From Thermodesulfobacteriota bacterium (GTDB lineage: Bacteria > Desulfobacterota > Desulfobacteria > Desulfobacterales > SURF-7), in the NCBI GenBank assembly GCA_049320885.1, contig JBMORA010000039.1, forward strand, positions 32,288-96,287: a stretch of 64,000 nucleotides of DNA, written 5' to 3'. Positions 21,934 through 30,195 of this stretch are shown here, piece after piece. Position 1 is the first letter of the stretch, and each line of letters starts with the position of its first letter. Under the pieces are notes generated by a model that saw only the letters and a program-made list of their open reading frames with translations, made no database searches and had not been told where the DNA came from. The translations under genes were made by a program, and so were the position numbers.

Positions 21934-23442
21934 ATGAAGCTGAAATCTTCGATTCTGTTCACTCTCATTTGCAGTTGTTTGATTCTTTTCGGATGCACCA
22001 GCTCGGACGATTCCGGCAGCATCAATGAAATTGCTACCGGGACTGGTACTGGAACAGGCACCGGAACAGGCACCGGAACAGGCACCGGAACGGGCACCGG
22101 AACGGGCACCGGAACGGGCACTGCCGGTGAAGGCGTGGCGATTCAGTATGTATCCGCCACTTCCACAGTGATTGCACTGCGTGGAACAGGTGGTGAAAAT
22201 AGGCCCGAATTCACCAAATTAACCTTTCGGGTGATTGATGAAAACGAAAACCCGGTCTCAAATGTTGGTGTTACCTTCATGCTAACAGCCACAACAGGTG
22301 GTCTGGCCCTTGATTATAGTACGGGCATTACCAATGGTGAGGGCTTGGTCGTTGTGGGGATCACCTCGGGAGAAGTGGCAACATCTTTCAGTGTACGCGC
22401 AAATATAACAGGGACGACCTATTCGACCACCTCACCCAACTTGGTTGTCAGCACAGGCTTACCGGACCAGGATAGTTTCTCGCTTTCATTTAGTGAGCAC
22501 AATCCGGAAGCTCTATCGGAAAATGGTGTGGAGGTCACTGTAACAATCCACGCAGCGGACCATTTCAACAATCCTATACCGGACGGGACCCGAATATATT
22601 TCACTTGCGATGGAGGCAGCATCGGTAATTACCCGAGCACAGAAGGATCATGCACCATTGTTGGAGGAACATGCTCAGTGATATGGAGAAGTCAAGATCC
22701 AAGACCACCTTCGTTTGGTACTGGGATGTATTCACACCCAGACATTTATGGCCATATATCACCATTATATGATGAATTCTGGCCATATAATTCACAAGAC
22801 CGCAATGGTATTGTAACAATACTAGCAGTGGCTGTAGGCGAAGAGAGCTTTACGGACGTTGATGGCGATGGAAGGTACTCATCCCTAGAAGATAAAGCCG
22901 CTTGGGATTCAATGGTTGCTGATGATTTTATAGAGGATCTCGGCGAGGCGCATCTAGATGTAGATCAGGATTTCTTATTTGATGATGGAACAACAAGCAT
23001 TGGTGTTTTCGAAGAATATCGGGATTTTAATAATAACCGGCAACGAGATGGTAACAATGGACTATATAATGGGACTTTGTGTACAGAAGCAATGGAGGAT
23101 CAAGGTAATTGCTCTCGGGAAATGTTAGAAGTTCGAAAAAGTGGCTTGTTGTCGATGTCTGGATCTGACGTCTATTTTGAGTTATATATCGATCATGCTG
23201 TCGTGATGGATGTAAATGGCAATGCTCCCCCATGCGGTACAAAACTTTCACTTACAGGTAAGGGGAAAAATGTGCTAACGCCTAACTCTACAGATGTTCC
23301 TTGCAATATAACAGAACCATGGATTTGGGGATTTAGTAATGTTATCCCTCCTGATACAGAAGGTGGATCATATAATTATGAGATTAAAGCAGAGACGGCT
23401 GGGGCCGTAACATATTCGTATTACCCGCAGAGCTGGCATTAG
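21934..23442 (+). CDS. Lipoprotein with bacterial Ig-like (Big_1/invasin-type) domains and a Thr-Gly linker
   Basis: Lipobox LILFGC; FRVIDENENPV...V.F and ADHFNNPIPDGT.I.F Big_1-type motifs; DxDxDG Ca-binding-like loops; RBS AAGGAG. Confidence 0.8.
   Translation: MKLKSSILFTLICSCLILFGCTSSDDSGSINEIATGTGTGTGTGTGTGTGTGTGTGTGTGTGTAGEGVAIQYVSATSTVIALRGTGGENRPEFTKLTFRVIDENENPVSNVGVTFMLTATTGGLALDYSTGITNGEGLVVVGITSGEVATSFSVRANITGTTYSTTSPNLVVSTGLPDQDSFSLSFSEHNPEALSENGVEVTVTIHAADHFNNPIPDGTRIYFTCDGGSIGNYPSTEGSCTIVGGTCSVIWRSQDPRPPSFGTGMYSHPDIYGHISPLYDEFWPYNSQDRNGIVTILAVAVGEESFTDVDGDGRYSSLEDKAAWDSMVADDFIEDLGEAHLDVDQDFLFDDGTTSIGVFEEYRDFNNNRQRDGNNGLYNGTLCTEAMEDQGNCSREMLEVRKSGLLSMSGSDVYFELYIDHAVVMDVNGNAPPCGTKLSLTGKGKNVLTPNSTDVPCNITEPWIWGFSNVIPPDTEGGSYNYEIKAETAGAVTYSYYPQSWH
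22036..22122 (+). repeat. Tandem repeat encoding (TG)14T
   Basis: 12-bp units GGAACAGGCACC x3 then GGAACGGGCAC(C/T) x3 (22051-22122), preceded by degenerate hexamers. Confidence 0.95.
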
Positions 23443-23532
23443 TTGTTTCATATTTTGATTCATATATAAAATGCAGAAAATCTCTGAATGGCGGAATAGC
23501 TTGCTGAATATAGAAAATATGGAGGGAGTGTT

Positions 23533-24270
23533 ATGGGATGCAGGAAGCTGGGAATTGTGACGGCGATAATACTTTTTATTTTTGGAGGAGCCGCCTGGTC
23601 GGATGAATACACCGGCCATCTGGATAAAAAGGGAAGCCTGGCGTTCAAGTATGGAACCCAGATTTTTCCCGACAGCGATTTGACGGATTATTGGGACCTC
23701 TCTCCGGATGTAGCCCCTTACCCTGTGGAAATTTCCTATGAGCACAAGCTGGGAAGATCCCTGGGGATTGAGCTTTCTGGGTGTTACAGCCAGATGGAAG
23801 ATGAAAAAGAACTGCCGAACCGCCAGTATGATGAAATGGAGGTGAAGAATATCTCCTTTTCACCGAGCATCAAATACCATCTGCCGGTAAACAACTCGAC
23901 GGTGCTTTTTTTCGGCATCGGCCCGGATATTGTCCAGAGCCGTGGCACGCTGACGTATACCATATCAAACCGCACCTACGAAGACGATGTGTCCGAGATC
24001 GCCTATGGCGGACATGGACTGATCGGTTTTGAATATTTTATCCTCAAGAATCCTGCTAAAGATAATTTTTTCGACTGGCCCCTCAGTATTGGCCTGGAAT
24101 ACAAATATACTTTTGCGGAAATCAGCGACTATGATGAGGAACTGATCCAGAAGATCAAAACTGGAGAAAGTCGAACCAACCCCAACACAGTCTGGAACAG
24201 TGTCACCCCCAACAAATTGCAGGTCGGCGGTCACACGGCGGCCATTACGCTTAAATGGCATTTCTTCTGA
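23533..24270 (+). CDS. Outer-membrane beta-barrel protein
   Basis: Signal peptide (AAWS), amphipathic beta strands, C-terminal LKWHFF. Confidence 0.75.
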   Translation: MGCRKLGIVTAIILFIFGGAAWSDEYTGHLDKKGSLAFKYGTQIFPDSDLTDYWDLSPDVAPYPVEISYEHKLGRSLGIELSGCYSQMEDEKELPNRQYDEMEVKNISFSPSIKYHLPVNNSTVLFFGIGPDIVQSRGTLTYTISNRTYEDDVSEIAYGGHGLIGFEYFILKNPAKDNFFDWPLSIGLEYKYTFAEISDYDEELIQKIKTGESRTNPNTVWNSVTPNKLQVGGHTAAITLKWHFF

Positions 24271-24308
24271 TACGTCAATCGAATTTTACGCTTTTCCCCC
24301 TTCCCTCC

Positions 24309-24342
24309 GTTACCGGTTTTGGCGACTGCTGAAACCGGTAAC
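24309..24342 (+). terminator. Hairpin downstream of the OMP gene
   Basis: GTTACCGGTTT-N12-AAACCGGTAAC perfect 11-bp stem; weak U tract. Confidence 0.5.
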
Positions 24343-24392
24343 TGTTTCCGGGCAACGCCATTCCCCCATTCGCATAGCAATCCATAAAAACA

Positions 24393-24423
24393 CAACCGGC
24401 AGGGCGGAATGCCCTGCCGGTTG
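24393..24423 (-). terminator. Intrinsic terminator of PEP-CTERM copy 1
   Basis: CAACCGGCAGGGC-GGAAT-GCCCTGCCGGTTG 13-bp stem, T-rich on the minus strand. Confidence 0.8.
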
Positions 24424-24453
24424 GGGCGTAAAAGCTGAAGGAGTGAGGAGGGT

Positions 24454-24948
24454 TCAGCTTTTGAGGGTCTTGCGTCGGATGCCGACGAAACAGATCAGGG
24501 CCGAACCCAGCAGCCAGGCGCTTTCCGGAATCGGCACAGCCGAGGTGATGGGGCCGTATACGGAATTGATGATCTGGCCGTTGGTGCCGAAGGTCAGGGT
24601 GCCGCTGTGTCCGCTCTGGACCACCCCGTCCAGCATTTCAGCCCATTCCATGACAAAGGAATCCCGGTCGGAAAATTGGATCCGGAAACGGCCGCTGTTG
24701 GGATTCAAGTCATTGCCCGTGAAGATCAGGCGGTTGGACTCAAACGTATCCACGCCCCATGAGGGCGCCAGGCGGTTTTCATCCACGTCCCGGAAGGTGA
24801 CGTCGCCGCTGGTGATGAACAAATACACGGAATCCGTTCTGAATTCATTCCGGAATTCCATCCAGTAAGGCGCCGCGGAAGCCGAGGCGGCGAACACGGT
24901 GAGCAGCACCGTGGTGATGATGGCGATTTTTGTGATTTCCCGTTTCAT
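24454..24948 (-). CDS. VPLPA-CTERM/PEP-CTERM sorting domain protein, copy 1
   Basis: Signal peptide (ASA), C-terminal AVPIPESAWLLGSALICFVGIRRK; RBS GAGGAGG. Confidence 0.9.
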   Translation of the reverse strand: MKREITKIAIITTVLLTVFAASASAAPYWMEFRNEFRTDSVYLFITSGDVTFRDVDENRLAPSWGVDTFESNRLIFTGNDLNPNSGRFRIQFSDRDSFVMEWAEMLDGVVQSGHSGTLTFGTNGQIINSVYGPITSAVPIPESAWLLGSALICFVGIRRKTLKS

Positions 24949-25007
24949 GATTCCCTCCTCAAAAGCCGTTCATATCCGCTGGGGATTGTTGTTTCACCCT
25001 GATATTT

Positions 25008-25023
25008 AGCAACAAGCATGCCA
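25008..25023 (-). promoter_or_regulatory. sigma54 (-24/-12) promoter, copy 1
   Basis: Minus strand TGGCATGCTTGTTGCT, GG-N10-GC spacing; identical in both copies. Confidence 0.8.
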
Positions 25024-25118
25024 TAGCGGTTATTGCGCGATTCTGATACATATACAATTGGTTGGTTTATAAAGACGCTGGAATCATACCCATTGTTGCC
25101 GTGATTTGGCTGGTTTTC

Positions 25119-25135
25119 ATGACAAAAATTGTCAT
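25119..25135. promoter_or_regulatory. Palindromic upstream activator-like site, copy 1
   Basis: ATGACA-AAAAT-TGTCAT about 100 bp upstream of the -24 box; identical in both copies. Confidence 0.65.
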
Positions 25136-25261
25136 ACAATGTTGGGAACGGGATTCATTGAAACATGAATGAATGGTAAAAAGAATCAATTGGGGCGAAA
25201 ATGAGAACATGAACAGGGGGCGTCGTGATGGCATGCAAAAAAAACCAAGCCCTGCAAAAAG

Positions 25262-25292
25262 CAGCCGGCAGGGCGACATGCCCTGCCGGCTG
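25262..25292 (-). terminator. Intrinsic terminator of PEP-CTERM copy 2
   Basis: CAGCCGGCAGGGC-GACAT-GCCCTGCCGGCTG with a compensatory A-T to G-C pair relative to copy 1. Confidence 0.8.
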
Positions 25293-25321
25293 GGTGTAAA
25301 AGCTGAAGGAGAGAGGAGGGT

Positions 25322-25816
25322 TCAGCTTTTGAGGGTCTTGCGTCGAATGCCGACGAAGCAGATCAGGGCGGAACCGAGCAGCCAGGCGCTTTCCGGAATC
25401 GGCACGGCGGAGGTGATGGGGCCGTACACGGCATTGATGATCTGGCCGTTGGTGCCGAAGGTCAGGGTACCGCTGTGTCCGCTCTGGACCACGCCGTCCA
25501 GCACTTCGGCCCATTCCATGACAAAGGAATCCCGGTCGGAAAATTGGATGCGAAACTGTCCGGCGTTGGGACCCAAGTCATTGCCCGTGAAGATCAGGCG
25601 GTTGGACTCAAATGTATCCACGCCCCATGAGGGCGCCAGGCGGCTTTCATCCACGTCCCGGAAGGTGACGTCGCCGCTGGTGATGAACAAATACACGGAA
25701 TCCGTATTGAATTCGTTCCAGAAATTCATCCAGTAAGGCGCCGCGGAAGCCGAGGCGGCGAACACGGTGAGCAGCACCGTGGTGATGATGGCGATTTTGT
25801 TGATTTCCCGTTTCAT
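25322..25816 (-). CDS. VPLPA-CTERM/PEP-CTERM sorting domain protein, copy 2
   Basis: 154/164 aa identical to copy 1 by manual alignment. Confidence 0.9.
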   Translation of the reverse strand: MKREINKIAIITTVLLTVFAASASAAPYWMNFWNEFNTDSVYLFITSGDVTFRDVDESRLAPSWGVDTFESNRLIFTGNDLGPNAGQFRIQFSDRDSFVMEWAEVLDGVVQSGHSGTLTFGTNGQIINAVYGPITSAVPIPESAWLLGSALICFVGIRRKTLKS

Positions 25817-25875
25817 GATTCCCTCCTCAAAAACCGTTCATGTCCGCTGGGGATCGTTGTTTCGTCATGATATAT

Positions 25876-25891
25876 AGCAACAAGCATGCCA
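25876..25891 (-). promoter_or_regulatory. sigma54 (-24/-12) promoter, copy 2
   Basis: TGGCATGCTTGTTGCT, 868 bp from copy 1. Confidence 0.8.
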
Positions 25892-25987
25892 TTGCTTCAT
25901 TAGTTTGATTTTATAATATATACAAAATGTTGTTTTTGATAGGGGGCTCGGCGAAACCGAATTGCTGCCGTGATTTGTCCGGTTTTT

Positions 25988-26004
25988 ATGACAAAAATTG
26001 TCAT
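25988..26004. promoter_or_regulatory. Palindromic upstream activator-like site, copy 2
   Basis: ATGACAAAAATTGTCAT. Confidence 0.65.
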
Positions 26005-26110
26005 CCGGCCTTGCCGTTTAAAGCCATGGAAACCAGTTGAGCCCCTGCGGTTTGTCTGTTATGGTGCCCGGTATGAAGGCATGGTATTTCCATGGCATAT
26101 GAGGTGGTGC

Positions 26111-27274
26111 TTGAGGATTCCCGATACGCGGGTTGAAATCGATCTGAGCAGAATCGCGCACAATACGAAAATGTTGCGCAAGATCACCTTGCCCCGGGCC
26201 CGTCTGATGGCGGTTGTCAAGGCCGATGCCTACGGGCATGGCGCGGCGGCGGTGGCCGGGTGCGCCATTCAATATGGCGCCGACACCCTGGGAGTCGCCC
26301 GGATCCGGGAAGCCGCGGCGCTGCGGGAAGCGGGCCTGACGGCGCCGATTCTGGTGTTCGGCCACACCCCGCCTGAAATAACGGAACAACTGATTCATCA
26401 TGAATTGATCCAGACGGTTTTCGCTACTCGCGACGCATATGCCTATGACCGGGCCGCGGGGCTGCTGGGCAAAAAACTGCCCGTTCATCTCAAGATCGAT
26501 ACGGGCATGGGCCGCCTGGGATTTTGCGGAATAGCTTCCCGGCGGGACATGGAAGGGAGGCGCACCATCCAGGACCTCCTCGGCGCGATCGAAACCATCG
26601 CCCGTCTCCCCCATCTTGTCCTGGATGGAATGTACACCCATTTCGCCGCCGCAGATGAAGCGGACAAGACCTCGGCCCTGGGCCAGCTGGAATATTTCAC
26701 AACCTTGATCCGGGCATTGGAAGGCCGGGCCATCGAAATCCCGGTCAAGCACGCCGCCAACAGCGCCGCCATCCTCGATCTGCCGCAAAGTCATCTGGAC
26801 ATGGTACGGGCGGGGATTGCATTATACGGCCTGTATCCGTCCGACCAGGTGAACCGGCAGACCGTTTCCTTGCTTCCGGCCATGGCCTTCAAATCCAGGA
26901 TTATCCAGGTGAAGAAGGTCCCAGCGGGATTCCGGGTCAGCTATGGGGGGGATTATAGTGCTCCCGCAGCCACTTCCATCGCCACGGTGCCGGTGGGATA
27001 TGCGGACGGTCTGAACCGCCGGCTTTCCTCCCGTGGCGTCATGCTGGTGCACGGCCGGCGGGCGCCCATTGCCGGACGGGTATGCATGGATCTCACCATG
27101 CTGGATGTGGGCCAAATCCCGGATGTGGCTCCGGGAGACGAGGTGGTAATTTTCGGCCGCCAGGGAGAGGCGTTCATCTCCGCGGATGAAGTGGCGGCAT
27201 CCCTGAATACGATCAACTATGAAATTGTTTCCACCATTGCCCAACGGGTGCCTAGGGTTTATCAGGACCCGTGA
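26111..27274 (+). CDS. alr: Alanine racemase
   Basis: AVVKADAYGHG (PLP Lys), HLKIDTGMGRLG, GYADG, GRVCMD; TTG start after GAGGTGG (approximate). Confidence 0.96.
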   Translation: MRIPDTRVEIDLSRIAHNTKMLRKITLPRARLMAVVKADAYGHGAAAVAGCAIQYGADTLGVARIREAAALREAGLTAPILVFGHTPPEITEQLIHHELIQTVFATRDAYAYDRAAGLLGKKLPVHLKIDTGMGRLGFCGIASRRDMEGRRTIQDLLGAIETIARLPHLVLDGMYTHFAAADEADKTSALGQLEYFTTLIRALEGRAIEIPVKHAANSAAILDLPQSHLDMVRAGIALYGLYPSDQVNRQTVSLLPAMAFKSRIIQVKKVPAGFRVSYGGDYSAPAATSIATVPVGYADGLNRRLSSRGVMLVHGRRAPIAGRVCMDLTMLDVGQIPDVAPGDEVVIFGRQGEAFISADEVAASLNTINYEIVSTIAQRVPRVYQDP

Positions 27275-27304
27275 ACAAGCACCATCGGTATGTTTTGGAT
27301 TCTT

Positions 27305-28015
27305 CTATTCCATTGTGCGGGCAATATAGGCTTTTATTTTTTTGAAATACGGCCCCGCGGAATGGACCAGATCCCCCAGCTCCGGCAACAGTCTTCCCGA
27401 ATAATCATAACAGGTTGGAAAGAGGCAATAGGTGGGAACGGCGGCCACGATGGCGATCCCCTCCCAACTGGAAAAACCGTATTCCATATACAGGTGATAG
27501 GCAACCACGGCGGTCAAAACCGGGCCCCAGAGCAGGGCTTTCCCCATGACCCCCCGGGATAGATAGAAGTGCCGGTTGATATGAAAGAAGCTGCCCAGCG
27601 CGCCGAGCCCCAGGCAGATGACAAAGGCCGCCAGGGTCGCATCGCCTGCAAGGTACCAGGATTCGTAATCGAGAATTTCATTTATTATTTCTGCGCGTTG
27701 TGGAAAAAATTCCAGGTATTGCCGCCCCATTAGCGTTTGAATATACAGCTTCCAGAGGATATAGGCGGCATATAACAGCAGGGTGCTCACGAGCCAGACC
27801 GCAGTGACCAGTATCGCCGCTTCCACCGCAATGCTGGTGAATCTGCGCAGATAGAGAATAACGACATGCCGGATGGAAAAAAAACGGCGGGAGGCCAGAA
27901 AACGATCCACCCGGATTTCGACATTCAGCAGCCGGATAACGTCTTTGAAAAAAATAGCGATACCGGAGGAGGATTCCGCTCGCACGGTTTTATAACTAGA
28001 GTCAAGAGCCATCAT
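27305..28015 (-). CDS. Hypothetical multi-pass membrane protein
   Basis: About 4 hydrophobic segments; start overlaps the HD gene end; RBS GGAGAGG. Confidence 0.7.
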   Translation of the reverse strand: MMALDSSYKTVRAESSSGIAIFFKDVIRLLNVEIRVDRFLASRRFFSIRHVVILYLRRFTSIAVEAAILVTAVWLVSTLLLYAAYILWKLYIQTLMGRQYLEFFPQRAEIINEILDYESWYLAGDATLAAFVICLGLGALGSFFHINRHFYLSRGVMGKALLWGPVLTAVVAYHLYMEYGFSSWEGIAIVAAVPTYCLFPTCYDYSGRLLPELGDLVHSAGPYFKKIKAYIARTME

Positions 28016-28796
28016 GTCCCCTCTCCGGGCCGGCGTCCAGGTACTCCGCGAATTCCGTCCGAATGACCTCATACAATTCCGCCCCGATGGTCAAACCGGT
28101 GTCGATGAACAGGGGGCCGTATTTTTTCCCGGTTTTCGTGCGGAAAGTGTCTTTGATTTTAGCCAGTCCCTTGATGCCCTTGGGATACAGGCGGAAAAAG
28201 GTGGAAACCGGGGTGCGGGAGATCATCAGCATGTCCCAGACCGTATGGGTGAAATTATCCGGACCCCAGCGGAATTTGTCGGCGTCGTACAGACAGTCGG
28301 ATACCAGCGCTCCCCGGAGGGTTTTGATTTCCACCGGGCTCTTAAAAGCTTCATGATTGCTGATGGCGTTGGAAATGTCGTCGATTTCGTTTTTGTCAAA
28401 ACAGGCGAAGGCCCGCAATGTTTCCCGGGCGAAGAGGGCGCCTTTTTCCGCATGGGATTGCTGATCCCGCTTGATATCATGGAACAAGCCGGAACACTGG
28501 GCCAGTAAAACCCGGCGGTCGATATCCTTTCGGGAATATCCGGCCTCTTCCCCTTCGATGATGATCAGGGAACCGGCGTCGAGGGTCACCTTGACGGCAT
28601 GATCCAGCCCATGGCCGAGGTTCTCGCCGATGGTTTCCGCTATGAAATCCTTTATTGCATTAATGACGGGATTGGTTTGGAAAAACCGGCGGGATTGTTC
28701 CACGGCCAGCGGAAAATCGGTGTAAAACGGTTGCACCGGGAAGCGGGCCACGATCTCCCTGGCGCGGTTGCGAATCAGTCGGTATACGTCGTCCAT
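28002..28796 (-). CDS. HD-domain phosphohydrolase
   Basis: HGLDH, LFHD, HAEKGA, NH, YDADK motifs. Confidence 0.85.
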   Translation of the reverse strand: MDDVYRLIRNRAREIVARFPVQPFYTDFPLAVEQSRRFFQTNPVINAIKDFIAETIGENLGHGLDHAVKVTLDAGSLIIIEGEEAGYSRKDIDRRVLLAQCSGLFHDIKRDQQSHAEKGALFARETLRAFACFDKNEIDDISNAISNHEAFKSPVEIKTLRGALVSDCLYDADKFRWGPDNFTHTVWDMLMISRTPVSTFFRLYPKGIKGLAKIKDTFRTKTGKKYGPLFIDTGLTIGAELYEVIRTEFAEYLDAGPERGHDGS

Positions 28797-28894
28797 GCAA
28801 TAAAAATATCATGGGGTCAGCGGCGAGACAAGTATTATTCAGGCTGGGACCGGACCGGCGATGGCTGGCCATAACAGCAGAAGGAATCCACCTT

Positions 28895-30187
28895 TCAACG
28901 CAAGCGCGCCTGGATCAATTTCAAATTGGCCTCCAATAGCTGCACGGTCTTGTTCATGAGGAATTCCCGTAAAAATTTCACTTGAACAGCCTCCCCGGCC
29001 TGGTTCAGGACATTGGCGTTCAGGGCCATGACGACGCAGTCGGTTTCGGCTTTCAATTTGGCCTTGCGCGGCATTCCGTGGATGACGGCGGATTCGCCGA
29101 AGCACTCCCCTGCTTTCAGCTGCCGCTGTTCTCCACCCAGGTGGATACTCGCCTTTCCCAGCACCAGGATATAAATGTTGCGATCGCAATCGGTCTCTTC
29201 CACGATCCAGGTTTGTTCCGGATAAAATCCCCAGGAGGAGATGCGCAGCACCTCCTTGAGATCGGCGGCCTGAAAATGCCGGAACAACGCCAGGCGTTTC
29301 AGGTAGGACATCTTTTTTTGATCCTGTTGGTCCAGAACGATGGAATCCCGGCCTTTGATAAAGGGCAGCAGGGCCTCGGCAAAGGCTTTGGCTGTGGGAA
29401 AGCGTTCGTCCGGTTTTTTTTGAAGAGCTTTGCGGATCACTCCGGCAAGGTCCGGGGGGATATCCGGCGCAACGGCATCCAGGGGCGGCGGCTCCTGATG
29501 CATGATTTGATACAGAATTTGCAGGGCCCCTTCGCCTTCGAAAGGCCGCCTGCCGCTGAGAAGTTGATAGGCCACCACCCCCAGGGAGAAGATATCCGAG
29601 CGGCAGGACAATTCCTCCCCCGGGATGGTTTGCTCCGGGGACATGTAATACAGGGAACCGGAGACGGCGTCATTTTCCGGCGGCCCCTCCTTCAGCAGTC
29701 TGGAAATACCGAAATCCATCAGCTTGACATCGCCCGTGCGGGTGATCATGATGTTCGACGGCTTGATGTCAAGGTGGACATAGCCTTTGGAATGGATGTA
29801 TTCCAGGGCATAGCAGGCGCCGTATAAGGCCTCGAGCACTTGAAGGCGGGGGAGTTGGTCCCCCGGCCGCACATGCATGTGCAGGCCTTCGCCTTCAATG
29901 CATTCCATGGCCATGTAAAACAGATTGTGTTCAAAACCCGCATCATAGGTGATGGCGATGTTCGGATGAATGAACTGGGCCGCCAGCCGTGCCTCCTTAA
30001 GGCATTTGCCGCGCTGATCTTCATCCTTGCCCTGAATGCCCATGGCTGCGGGGTTGATCACTTTCAAGGCCACCTGGCGTTCCAGCATCGGATCGAATGC
30101 CTTGTAGACCTTTCCGAAGCCGCCTTTTCCCAGGGGCGCCGTCACCTGATAACGGCCGATGGTTCTGCCCGATTGTTCATTGGTCAT
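28895..30187 (-). CDS. Hanks-type Ser/Thr kinase with C-terminal cNMP-binding domain
   Basis: LGKGGFGKVY, VALK, HLDIKPSN, DFG, YMSPE; cNMP FGE...PRKA motif. Confidence 0.9.
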   Translation of the reverse strand: MTNEQSGRTIGRYQVTAPLGKGGFGKVYKAFDPMLERQVALKVINPAAMGIQGKDEDQRGKCLKEARLAAQFIHPNIAITYDAGFEHNLFYMAMECIEGEGLHMHVRPGDQLPRLQVLEALYGACYALEYIHSKGYVHLDIKPSNIMITRTGDVKLMDFGISRLLKEGPPENDAVSGSLYYMSPEQTIPGEELSCRSDIFSLGVVAYQLLSGRRPFEGEGALQILYQIMHQEPPPLDAVAPDIPPDLAGVIRKALQKKPDERFPTAKAFAEALLPFIKGRDSIVLDQQDQKKMSYLKRLALFRHFQAADLKEVLRISSWGFYPEQTWIVEETDCDRNIYILVLGKASIHLGGEQRQLKAGECFGESAVIHGMPRKAKLKAETDCVVMALNANVLNQAGEAVQVKFLREFLMNKTVQLLEANLKLIQARLR

Positions 30188-30195
30188 CGTCAGCC

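Larger units (their letters stand above)
24393..26004. repeat. Tandem duplication, period ~868 bp (about 24393-25135 and 25262-26004)
   Basis: Terminator, CDS, RBS, promoter and palindrome all repeated at a constant offset of 868-869. Confidence 0.92.

Noticed and set aside
22036..22122. Short-period repeat as a CRISPR array; antisense (VP)n ORF 21843-22121
   Set aside because: No unique spacers or cas genes; it is an in-frame TG linker, and the antisense ORF is its mirror
23489..23504. TGGCGGAATAGCTTGC as a sigma54 promoter for the OMP gene
   Set aside because: GG-to-GC spacing is 11 nt, not the required 10
24454..25816. Paralogue pair as a diversity-generating retroelement template/variable repeat
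   Set aside because: Differences include C>T, T>C and G>A changes, so they are not adenine-specific; both copies are whole genes with promoters; no reverse transcriptase is present
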